Source of the DNA: Hypanus sabinus
Taxonomy: Eukaryota
Length of the DNA: 64,000 bases
Reading direction: 5' to 3'
Assembly: GCF_030144855.1 (NCBI RefSeq)
Contig: NC_082721.1
Coordinates: 82,584,001 to 82,648,000, forward strand
A model generated the notes under the pieces. The model was given only the letters and a program-made list of their open reading frames with translations, searched no databases and was not told the origin of the DNA. This document shows positions 24,860 to 35,895 of this stretch, one piece after another. How positions within the stretch are numbered: the first letter of the stretch is position 1; every line of letters starts with the position of its first letter. The position numbers and the translations under genes are program-made.

Positions 24860-27690
24860 CAATATCAGAATGCAGAGTAATGTGTAACAGTGACAGTGGG
24901 TGCAGTGCAGGCAGAAAATAAGGTGCTAGAGTGTAATGAGGCAGGGTGTGAGGTCAAGAGTCTATTGTACTTATAACAGCAGGGTAGAAGCAGTCCCTGA
25001 GCCTGGTGCTGTGTGCTTTCAGACTCTTGTATCTCCGGCCCATATGGAGAGGGGAGAAGAGAGAATGTCTGGGGTGGGAGGGGTCTTTGATGATGCCAGT
25101 TGCTTTCTTCAGGGAGGGGGACGTGTAGACAGAGTCTCTGAAAGGGAGGCTGGTTTCCATGATGAGCAGAGCTCTGTCCACACCCTCTGCAGTTTCTTGT
25201 GTTGACGGGCAGAGCAGTTGTCGTACCAAGCTGAGAGAGGCTGCTTCCCATGCTGCATCAATTAAAAATCGCTCAGTGTCAACGGGGACATATCTACTTT
25301 GTTTAGCCTCGGGGGAAGTAGAGGCATTGGTGACATTTCCTGGCCATGGGATCTCTGTCCAAAGTTGACTGGATGGATAGCCTAGCAGAAAAGACAGTGG
25401 AACAGAAATGGCAGGTATTCTTGGGAATAATGCACACGGTGCAAAATCAGTTTATCCCCCAGAGAAGGAAGGATTCAAAGGGGGGAAAGGGGCCACAGTG
25501 GTTGACAAAGGAAGTCAGAGATTGCGTAGCATTAAAAAAAAAGGAAGTATGACAGAGCTAAGGAGAGTGGGAGGACAGATGATTGGGAAGTTTTTAAGGA
25601 ACAACAGAACTTAACTAAAAAGGCAATATGGAGAGAAAAAATGAGGTACGAACGCAAGCTAGCCAGGAATATAAAGAAAGATAGCAAAAGCTTTTTTAGG
25701 TATGTGAAGAGAAAGAAGATAGGAACAATGTTGGGCCCTTGAAGAATGAATTGGTTGAAAATATTATGGGAAACAGAGAAATGGCAGAAGAATTTAATGA
25801 GTACTTTAGATCTGTTTTCACTAAGGAAGACACAAGCAATCTCCCAGATGTATGGATGGGCCAAGGACATAGGGTAACAGAGGAAATGAAACAGATTGAC
25901 ATTAGGAAGGAAATGGTGATGAGTAGACTGATGGGACTGAAGGCTGACAAATCCCCAGGTCCAGATGGTCTGCATCCTAGGGTACTAAAGGAGGTGGCCC
26001 TGGAAATTGCGGATACATTGGTAATCATTTTCCTATGTTCCTTAGATTCAGGATCAGTTCTTGAGGATTGGAGAATGGCTAATGTTACCCCACTTTTTAA
26101 GAAAGGAGGGAGGGAGAAAAGAGAGAACTATCGACCTGTCAGCCTGACATCGGTGGTGGGGAAGATGCTAGAGTCCATTATTAAGGATGAAATAGTGGCA
26201 TATCTAGATAGCAGCAAAAGGATTGGGCCGAGCCAGCATGGATTTACCAAGGGTAAATCATGCTTGACTAATCTGTGGGAGTTTTTCGAGGATGTAACCA
26301 GGAAGTTAGATGGAGGAGATCCAGTGGATGTAGTGTACCTCGATTTTCAGAAGGCATTTGATAAGGTCCCACATAGGAGATTGGTGAGTAAGATCAAAGC
26401 TCAGGGCATCGGGGTGAAGACATTGACATGGATAGAATACTGGTTGGCAGATAGAAAGCAAAGGGTAGCGGTGAATGGATGTTTCTCAGAATGGCAGGTG
26501 GTGACTAGTGGGGGACCACAGCTGTTTACGATTTACGTCAATGATTTAAATGAAGGCATTGAGAATAACATCAGCAAATTTGCTGATGATACTAAGCTGG
26601 GTGGCAGTGTGACATGTGATAAGGATGTTAGGAGAATTCAGGGTGACTTGGATAGGCTGGGTGAGTGGGCAGATACTTGGCAGATGACGTTTAATGTGAA
26701 TAAGTGTGAAGGAGTCCTTGTTCATCAGTCATTGAAGGTGAATGAGCAAGTGCAGCAGGCAGTGAAGAAGGCTAATTGAATGTTGGCCTTTATTACAAAG
26801 GGAATTGAGTACAAGAGCAAGGAAATCCTCTTGCATTTGTACAGAGCCCTGGTGAGACCACACCTGGAGTATTGTGTACAGTTTTGGTCTCCAGGGTTAA
26901 GGAAGGACATCCTGGCTGTAGAGGAAGTGCAGCGTAGATTCACAAAATTCCTGGGATGTCTGGACTGTCTTACGCAGAGAGGTTAGAGAGACTGGGCTTG
27001 TACACGCTGGAATTAAGGAGATTGAGAGGGGATCTGATTTCAACATATAAGATTATTAAGGGATTGGACAAGATAGAGGCAGGAAATATGTTCCAGATGC
27101 TGGGAGAGTCTAGTACCAGAGGGCATGGTTTGAGAATAAGGGGTAGGTCATTTAGGACAGAGTTAAGGAAAAACTTCTTCTCCCAAAGAGTTGTGGGGTC
27201 TGGAATGCACTGCCTCGGAAGGTAGTGGAGGCCAATTCTCTGGATGCTTTCAAGAAGGAGCTAGATAGGTATCTTATGGATAGGGGAATCAAGGGATATG
27301 GGGACAAGGCAGGAACCGGGTATTGATAGTAGATGATAAGCCATGATCTCAAAATGGCGGTGCAGGCTTGAAGGGCCGAATGGTCTACTTCTGCACCTAT
27401 TGTCTATTGTGAGTATGGGCAAGGAGAGGCTCATCCACACCGCTAGGAACTTGAAGTTCTTAACAGTCTCCACCACAGTTTGTACAGACAGGTGCGAGTG
27501 CACCGCACCACCCACCACCCCTCAACCCCAACCCAGACCTCCTAAAAGTCAATGAGCAGCTCTTTGGTGTTTCCTGCGCTGGGAAGGGATGTTGCCTATC
27601 TGTCTCCTTTGTGCATACTGACTCAGTTATTTGTCTATCTGTCTCCTTCCTGTACACTGACTCAGTGAGATACAGCCCGCTACACAACGT
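24860..27690 (-). mobile_element. Rex1/Babar LINE 3' fragment, split by a CR1 insertion at 25355-27408; uninterrupted paralog ~58520-59310 (+)
   Basis: ORF 24954-25229 (IIKDPSHPRHSLFSPL..GRRYKSLKAHSTRLRDCFYPAVI); the sequence resumes at 27409. Confidence 0.8.
25355..27408 (+). mobile_element. 5'-truncated CR1 LINE insertion found only in the left arm (~2.05 kb, RT pseudogene)
   Basis: ORF 25739-26779 (KSPGPDG, YRPVSLT, YLDFQKAFD, KFADDTK) with internal deletions; 3' end CTATTGTCTATT; the paralog has the empty site GGGATCT|GTGAGG. Confidence 0.93.
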
Positions 27691-27696
27691 ATCAGT

Positions 27697-27776
27697 CAGG
27701 TGTTCCCAACCTTTTCGATGCCATGGACCCCTACCATTAACTGAGGGGTCCGTGAACCCCAGGGTGAGAGCCAGTG
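27697..27776. mobile_element. ~80-bp hAT-type MITE; paralog ~58410-58489
   Basis: CAGGTGTTCCCAACCTTTT...GGGGTCCGTGAACCCCAGG; same family as 54875-54955. Confidence 0.6.
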
Positions 27777-27839
27777 GTATGAGTGGAGTTAGAGCAGAAT
27801 CTGGCAGAGTGTGGAATGTTATATACCAGTGTTAAACAG

Positions 27840-28095
27840 TGACAAACACATCCCACCAGTACTGTATCCAGTGTTACATAATTTCAGACCTTACCTCATC
27901 ATTACCATACCCCAGTGTTACAGAATTACAAATCCTTCCCCATTACTGTAGCCAGTGTTACACAATCACATACCCTTCTCCACTATTTCTGTACCCCAGC
28001 ATTACACAATTACAGACCTATCCCCACCAGTACTTTTCCCCAGAGCTGCAAATACAGATCTGTCCCCACTATTACTGTACCCCAGTGTAATGCAT
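27840..28095. repeat. Degenerate ~42-bp minisatellite (about 6 units; about 4 units in the paralog at 58180-58350)
   Basis: Core CCAGTGTTACACAATTACAGACC recurs at 41-44 bp spacing. Confidence 0.8.
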
Positions 28096-28839
28096 CAACT
28101 GTCTGATGTCCATTTTATTCCTGTAACTCCTAATTTTTGCTAAATTACTCATCTCATTTCTGCCTCAGTTTTGGACTCACTCAGTTGTGTTTCTGAAATC
28201 TAAATAATCAGACTCAGTACTTTTCACTGCCTTGAGCTTTCTGATGTCACGTAACTACATTGTGGACTCAATCGAATTGCAAATACTTTATACTGTATTA
28301 TAAACAGTTTCTGTTACAGCATTACAAATATATCAGTACGCATTTCACTGTCATATTTTTAAGCTTTGGTTGCAGCCACTGACTGATATTTACTGTGTGT
28401 TATATTACATAGACACTGATAAGCCATGTCTTGAGCAGACAATATTTTCAGCACTGGTATTCATGTTCCTACCGCTCAGCAACATTGTCGATACTGATAT
28501 AAAAGGGTGTTTTTTAGTCAACATGTTTGTATAAGTAAATTTTAATGAAGTGAATGTATATTTTGAAAAAATGTATTTTGTCAGCGAAGAACGATTAAAC
28601 ATTGATGTTGGTAAGAAGAATTTTTTCACACAGTACCTGGTGTTGGAAGTAACTGAAGCCATGTCTCACTCCGGTGTGCTTGATCACACATCAGGCACAA
28701 TGTCCAACACCCACAGGGTTCTGCAGAGTTTCTCACCGCCTATTTTTCATTTATTGAGATACAGAACAGTACAGGCCCTTCTGACCCTTTGAGCCACATC
28801 ACCCAGCAACCCACTGATTTTAATCCTAGCCTCATCACA

Positions 28840-29710
28840 TTGTCTTGTCCACTCGTCCCCCCAATCCCTTCCCACCGATCTCCCTCCTCGCACTTATCCT
28901 TGTAAGTGGAACAAGTGCTACACCTGCCCTTACACTTCCTCCCTCACCATCATTCAGGGCCCCAGACAGTCCTTCCAGATGAGGCGACAGTTCACCTGTG
29001 AGTTGGCTGGTGTGGTATACTGCGTCCGGTGCTCCCGGTGTGGCCTTTTATATATTGGTGAGACCCAATGCAGACTGGGAGACCATTTTGCTGAACACCT
29101 ACGCTCGGTCCGCCAGAGAAAGCAGGATCTCCCAGTGGCCACACATTTTAATTCCACGTCCGATTCCCATTCTGATATGTCTATCCATGGCCTCCTCTAC
29201 TGTCAAAATTAATCCAAACTCAGGTTGGAGAAACAACACCTTATATACTGGCTGGGTAGCCTCCAACCTGATAGCATGAACATTGACTTCTCTAACTTCT
29301 GTTAATGCCCCTCCTCCCCTTCTTACCCCATCCCTGACATATTTAGTTGTTTGCCTGTTCTCCATCTCCCTCTCGTGCTTCTACCCACCCCCACTTTCTT
29401 TCTCCCGAGGCCTCCTATCCCATGATCCTTTCCCTTCTCCAGCTCTGTATCACTTTCACCAATCACCTTTCCAGCTCTTAGCTTCATCCCACCCCCTCTG
29501 GTCTTCTCCTATCATTTCGCATTTCCCCCTCCTCCCACTACTTTCAAACCACTTACTATGTTTCCTTTCAGTTAGTCCTGACGAAGGGTCTTGGCCCGAA
29601 ACGTCGACAGTGCTTCTCCTTGTAGATGCTGCCTGGCCTGCTGTGTTCCACCAGCATTTTGTGTGTGTTGTTGTTTGAAGTTCCAACATCTGCACATTTC
29701 CTCATGTTTG
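28840..29710 (+). mobile_element. Penelope-like element 3' fragment with GIY-YIG endonuclease, inserted in a SINE with 9-bp TSD
   Basis: ORF 28979-29212 (VVYCVRCSRCGLLYIGETQCRLGDHFAEHLRS); CTCATCACA at 28831-28839 and 29711-29719. Confidence 0.85.
29573..29610 (+). ncRNA. Minimal hammerhead ribozyme motif
   Basis: TAGTC-CTGACGA-AGGG-TCTTGG-CCC-GAAA-C-GTC-GACAG. Confidence 0.55.
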
Positions 29711-29839
29711 CTCATCACAGGACAGTTTACAAAGACCAATTAACCTCAGAACCAGTATGTGTTTGGACTGTGCGAGAAAACCGGAGAACTCGGGGAAAAC
29801 GCTTGCATTCCACAGGGAGGATGTACCGACGCCTTAACG

Positions 29840-32641
29840 CAGGGGTGTCAAACTCATTTTAGTTTTTGAGATTGAGAAAAATGCGACTTCATGCGGGCCG
29901 GATCGGTTGTGCATGCGCGTGTGCTCCCACAGCTTTCGTTGCCTTCATTTTTTCAACCTGCTCTCATGTGTCTCAGTCTCTGCTATATCTAAAATTGTTT
30001 CACTTTACGAATTTCATTTTTTATGAAGCAGATTGCCTAGCAAGCATTCTTTTTATGATTGGTATTAACTTACAGACGTAGATTACAATAAAGTAGGCAA
30101 CGAGAAAGAAACAATGCTATTTCGGCTAAGATTGTTTTGGGAGCCATACCTTTTCCATTAATAAACCGTTTGAAATCAAGCATTAGCAAACACAAATGTA
30201 GACCTAACGCAGGGGTGTCAAACTCAAATACACAGTGGGCCAAAATTAAAAAATCGGTACAAGTTGAGGGCCGGACTAGTTTAGCGTTTATTGCAAAACT
30301 TATTGAAATGAATTTATTACACATATTAACCTGGAACTAACAAAGCCTACAAAAACAACATTGAACATTAAATAAATAAAAAATCAGTTGCATTTATTTC
30401 TTATGGCTTTATCTGCAGCTTTTCCGGAATAATTTCTAATGAAAACATTTTTCCACAGGCCAACACTCTGTGATTCACACTAGTCTAAGCCAGATACTTG
30501 GCATCTCATCTTGGATGCAAGTTCATCAATGTTTGGAGTCAGGCTCTGAGCTGAGGAAATCCTCAGAATTGAGTGAAGGTGTTCATCAGAAAGACGACTC
30601 CTGTGTGATGTTTTGTTTATCTTCATCAAAGAGAACAGTTGTTCACACAGATATGTGCTGCCAAACAGAGAGCATTTGAGCAGCTTGGGTACGCAGCTGG
30701 GGCTTTGTGTCGGGAATGAAACGTAGAAACTGTGCAGCGCCCACCGAGTCATACTTTGCCTTGAGAGTGTCACTACATTGGAGTTCAATCAGCTCCATTT
30801 GTATGTTGGTTGGTGCGCTTTCCACGTCAGCTGCAAATGGATTACTGAGCAGTTCAAACCTGCTTTTTTGGGCTTCAAAGTCGGCAAATCGCCGTGTGAA
30901 GTCGGCACCAAGTATGCTAAGTTTTTCAGCAAACTTTGCACGTGGGAACACTGCGGTAGAAACCTGCTCTTTCATAGTTTGGCAACACGGAAAATGGCTC
31001 AAGTTTTCTTGCTGCATCTGCGTCTCCCACAGGCGCAGCTTGGTTTTAAAAGCCCTCACTGCAGCGTACATGTCTGTGATCACACGACCCCGCCCCTGAA
31101 GCTGCAGGTTGAGCGCATTGAGATGGCTCGTGATGTCACACAGAAACACCATTTCACAAAGCAACTTTTTATCCCGGAGCTCTGTTGTGTCTTTCCCTTT
31201 GCTTTCCATGAACTGACAGATCTCCTCACGCAACTCGAAACATCTTTTCAGCACTTTTCCTTGGCTTAACCATCGCACCTCTGTGTGATAGGGCAAATCA
31301 TTATATTCTGAACCCAACTCCTCCAGAAACGACTTGAACTCGCGGTGATTTAAACCTTTGGCTCTTATGAAGTTAACTGCTCGTGTTATGGTGCTCATTA
31401 TATGTTCCATTTTCAAGGCTTTGCCACACAACAATTCCTGGTGTATGATGCAGTGATAAGCTGTCAGCTCACCTGCGCCGTTTTCCTCCCGCATCTTCTC
31501 CCGGATCCTGTCCACCAATCCACTCTTTTGACCGCACATCGCGGGCGCTCCATCTATCGTCAGTCCCACAAGTTTATCCCAAGGCAGCCTCATTATATTT
31601 ACACATCTGGATACCTCTTCAAAGAGATCTTTTCCAGTAGTTGTGCTATGCATTGATCTTAATCCCAAAAGTTCCTCTGTTACTCACAGAATTGAATCCA
31701 CTCCACGAATGAAAATTGACAATTGGGCAGTATCAGAAGTGTCCCTGCTCTCATCCACAGCAAGGGAATATGTGATGAAATCTCTTCCCTTCCCCACCAG
31801 CTGTTGTTGTAGATTGGTGGCAAGCTCACGTACACGGTCAGCAACCGTGTTTCTGCTCAGGCTCACATTTGAAAATGCCTGCCTTTTATCTGGGCACACG
31901 ACGTCGCAAACTTTCATCATGCAGTTTTTAACAAATTCTCCCTCGGTAAAGGGCCGGGCTGATTTAGCGATCTCTGCTGCCACAATAAAACTAGCCTTTA
32001 CAGCAGCCTCACTTTGTGTTTTGGCTTTTGTGAACATAGCCTGCTGTGACGCCAGACTTCTTTTCAACTCTTCCACCTTCTGGAGCTTCTGTTTCTTGTC
32101 CAGATGCTTGTGTTTGTCGTGGTGTTTCGTTTCATGGTGTCGTCTTACGTTATATTCTTTAATTACAGCCACACCGTCTCCGCACGCAAGACAAACAGGT
32201 TTGCCCTTTATATCTGCGAACATATACTCTGCCTCCCACCTGGCTTGAAAACCCCCTTTCGTTCAGCCGTTTTTGGGGTGAGGGATAGCTGAAAGTTGAC
32301 CACACGTGACTAGCGCCATAAGGATGCTGACGAGAGAGTAAGGCAGTGCGTTGTGGGATTTGTAGTATTTGTGGTGCATGCAATATACCGGCAGGCCAGC
32401 TCTATTAGAAAATAAATTTATTCATTAATGATATTCAGGAAATAAACCAGGGAAACTGAATAAACACTAAATACCCTGAAAACCTGGTACCTGAATAAAC
32501 TCAGCATTAGCCATATCATACGCCATAGGCACTTTGATTACTGGGGCCAGCTTTAATAGTAATTAGATATTATCTCGCGGGCCAAAGATAATTCCACCGC
32601 GGGCCGGATTTGGCCCGCGGGCCTTGAGTTTGACATATATG
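29840..32641 (-). mobile_element. Composite hAT (Buster/SPIN-like, GTF2IRD2-type transposase) DNA transposon
   Basis: Perfect 8-bp TSD CCTTAACG (29832-29839 and 32642-32649) with central TA. Ends CAGGGGTGTCAAACTCA and (reverse complement) CATATATGTCAAACTCA. A second internal end lies at 30210. GCGGGCC subterminal repeats are present. Confidence 0.93.
30480..32270 (-). pseudogene. hAT transposase pseudogene
   Basis: Motifs KPVCLACG, LAVDESRD, LTIDGAPAM, HCIIHQ, FGSTYLCEQLFS. Lesions: start region damaged (ACG GCT GAA CGA AAG plus deletion), in-frame TGA at 31684-31686, frameshift near 30670. Confidence 0.9.
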
Positions 32642-32759
32642 CCTTAACGCCTTATGTTAGGGCTGAACTCCTGACGCCCCGATCTATAATAGCGTTGTGC
32701 TAACCGCTATGCCACTGTGGTGCCCTCGAGACTGCAACAAAACCAGCCACCCAGTGCTT

Positions 32760-33960
32760 CATAGAACATAGAAGTGACAGCACAGGAAGTGGCCATTTGG
32801 CCCGAACCAGCTAACGAGCAAATCAAAAACACCCGAACAGCCATCCTTCCCATCTACACCGTGTCCATATCCCTCCATCTTCCTTATATCCTTATGCCTA
32901 TTTAAATATCTCTTAAAAGCCTCTTATGTATTTTACCACTACACCAGGCAGTGCGTTCCTGGCATTCACCACTCTGTGTAGTTAAAAAAATGGACCCCTT
33001 ACATCCACCTGGAACCTGTTCCCTCTCACATTCAATGCCACCCCTCTGGTACTAGATGTTTCAACCCCAGGAAACAGATACTCTTTGTCCACCCTACGTC
33101 TGCCTCTCTTGTAATTCTCTATCAGATCACCCCTCAGTGATCCAGAGAAATCAACCGAAGGTTCTCCAGCCTGTCTTGATAGCACATGTCCTCTGAACCA
33201 GACAGCATCCTGGTAAACCTCTTCTGCATCCTCTCCAAAGCTTCAGCATCCTTCAAATGGTGAGGCAACCAGAACAATATGTAATACTCCAAATGTGGCC
33301 TAATCAGAGTTTTATAAAGTTGCAACATATTCTCCTGACTTTTCAGAATTCAATGCCTCGAGTAATATAAGCAAAGATTCCATAAACCTAACCACCTTAT
33401 CAGCCTGTGTAGCCAGTTCCAAGGGACTGTGAACTTGGATCCCAAGATCTTTCTACTCAGCAACACTTCAGGATCTTGACCTTAACGGTGTACTGTCTCC
33501 TTGTATTTGCCCTATTAAAGTGCAGCACTTCACATATATCTGGGTTGAACTCCATCTGCCATTTATCTGCTCCTATCTCTAACTGCTCTACATAGTGCTG
33601 TATTCTTTGCCAGTAGTCTACACTCAGTACAACTCCACCAATCTTGGTATCATCCACAAACTTACAACCCCAACCTCCCCATCTACATTTTTGTCCAGAT
33701 CATCACAAACAGTAGGGGTACCTGCAGAGATCCCTGCGGAATTCCACTAATTACAGACTTCCAGCTTGAATGAGTCCCTTCAACCTCTACCCTCTATCTC
33801 ATTTGGGCAAGCCAGTTCTGAATCCAAATAGCGAATTCGTCATGGACCCCATGCATCTGAATTAGCCTCCCAAGAAGAACTTTGTCAAACACCTTACTAA
33901 AATCCATGTAGACAACATCCACTGCCCTACCCTCATCAGACTTTCTCATCACCAGTCTTT
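32760..33960 (-). mobile_element. Decayed CR1 3' half
   Basis: ORFs 32982-33657 (DDTKIGG, LIRPHLEY, RGDLIENYK). Confidence 0.85.
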
Positions 33961-34409
33961 GGTCTTAATCAGCTCAGCCACATTAAGTTCTTTGCTGAGT
34001 CACTTCCTCCAGTTAAAATCTGTTACTCCAGGATTGGCGTATAAGTAGTGACGACCCCTGTCCTGTTCAGTAGTAAGTTGGTCACACAGAGTGATCCGGC
34101 AGAGAAATGTTCCCATTGGCCACTGTGTTCATGCCGACTGAGATTAAATTCCATCAGTCATGACTCTGTCACATTACCAACTCATCAATATCATCCGGCA
34201 GCCGATAACACTCCAGTCAACAAAGCAGTCAATGTCCATCTCATCTGCACACTAACCAACTGCATTTACACCCAAGTTCATACTTTCCGCAGAAGGTAGG
34301 AATATCAGCGGTGATCCCTGTGGTAAACCACAGCTCACAAGCTTCCAACCACAAAACCAAACACTTCATCACCCACACGTGCCCATTCAGCATCTAATTT
34401 GCCAGTTTT

Positions 34410-35042
34410 CCCTGTGAAACTCCCTGGTTTCCTTGGCTGCGTAAGTTGAGGGAAGACACTCTCAAGTCCCAGAAACTTGTGAGATTGAGATGGCTCGACC
34501 CACCCCAAACCCCAGTTTATGTGGATGCTGGGTAATTTGCTACCCTGCTACAAATTAGTGCCACGAAATAACAGACAGTACACTGCATACAATCAAAGGG
34601 ATTATTTTTATGAATCTTAACTAAAGGGTTAGTAAAGAATAACAAAAAGCATTAGGGCCCATTTTAATTAAACAGTCAAATGTACACAAATTGGAGCTCT
34701 TCTTGAACTTCTCTGTCACTCACACGCTGGGCCTACAGTCTGCGTGAACGCTCACACCATCTTCCGAACATTGCTCACAATCCATTTCGAACAACCGGGT
34801 CTCCCACCGATTGTATGCTATGACCAGTTCTCTCTAGTGTCTTATCTCTTCATCTCCTGCTGAAACAGAACCCAAGACCAACCTCATCGTCCCTCACCCA
34901 GAAAGCATCTTGCTAACTGGAAGGCACTCGTTCCACATCATCCTTTATCTTCAACAATAACCCAAATAGGCAGAAAGCAGAACAGAGCTGCTAAATGAAA
35001 TCCCTACAGCATAACAGTAAAGATGTGAAGCAGGACGTTACA
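34410..35042. mobile_element. Probable solo-LTR-like repeat
   Basis: Non-coding block running from TGT to GGACGTTACA; no TSD found. Confidence 0.3.
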
Positions 35043-35157
35043 CCTGGATGCCATGGGCAAGTCCCACTCTCATTCCATCTTTCTCCATGCACGTCCGCAT
35101 TATCTCTCTGTATCGCAATACATTGAATCTTACATGTGCCCGTCCATTTCTCCAGAA

Positions 35158-35895
35158 CAGGGGTCGGCAACGTTTACCACTGAAAGAGCCAATATGGACC
35201 CATTTCCCACAGAAAAGAAAACACTGGGAGCCACAAAATCCGTTTGACATTTAAAATTAAATAACACTGCATACAACGGGTTTTTTTTGCCTTTATGCTA
35301 TGTATAACCAAACTATAATGTGGTTGCATTTGTGAAATTGATGAACTCCTGCAGAGAAAACGAAATTACATTTCTGCATGCAACAAAAACATTTTGACCT
35401 CCGAAAAAAAGACGTTGGGTTGAAGGTTACTCCATAGTTAGCCTACCTTGGATCGAAGAATTAAAAGAAAGCATGCACTGGCGGGTGTCAGGCATTGGCA
35501 GTGGTGATGTATATTAATAGCAATAAAAAACACGTTGTAGCGGTGTGCTACACGCAGCGCTAAAATAAAGACACTGCAGTCAAAGGTAACTTTATTCGAA
35601 CTAAACAGCCTTGCTTTAAAGCCTCCCTCAACCCGTCCCCGTGGGCGCGAATGCTCCAAAAGACACGCACTCACAAACCCCCGTAGGCTATCTCCCTTAG
35701 CCGGAATGGTGGCTAATTGTGAGCCGGTTCGGATGTGCCAGGAAATGGGGTCTCCACAACGTTTTTAGATTGTACAAGATCACCATAATCTTCAAATTTC
35801 GAATTACATTTCAAAAACTAACAAACCATGGGGAGCCGCAGCACAGAGATGAAAGAGTCGCATGCGGCTCCGGAGCCGCGGGTTGCCGACCCCTG
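35158..35895. mobile_element. Non-autonomous hAT element (738 bp)
   Basis: Perfect 14-bp TIR CAGGGGTCGGCAAC / GTTGCCGACCCCTG and perfect 8-bp TSD CTCCAGAA (35150-35157, 35896-35903); no transposase ORF. Confidence 0.95.

Larger units (their letters stand above)
19941..28825 (+). repeat. Left arm of inverted segmental duplication
   Basis: 19941 GGGCAAAAACGAGAAATTC is the reverse complement of the last window bases. The same ORFs recur in mirror order (for example 22639/61236, 24865/58920, 28550/57530). Confidence 0.97.

Noticed and set aside
25739-26779. 346-aa ORF, the longest in the window, as a host gene
   Set aside because: It is CR1 reverse transcriptase with internal deletions, inside an insertion absent from the paralogous arm.
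27840-28095. CRISPR-like repeat-spacer array
   Set aside because: Units are contiguous and degenerate with no unique spacers, there are no cas genes, and the context is vertebrate; it is a minisatellite.
30480-32223. Domesticated GTF2IRD2/EPM2AIP1-like gene
   Set aside because: It is flanked by TIRs and a perfect TSD, has a damaged start, an in-frame stop and a frameshift, so it is a transposon copy.
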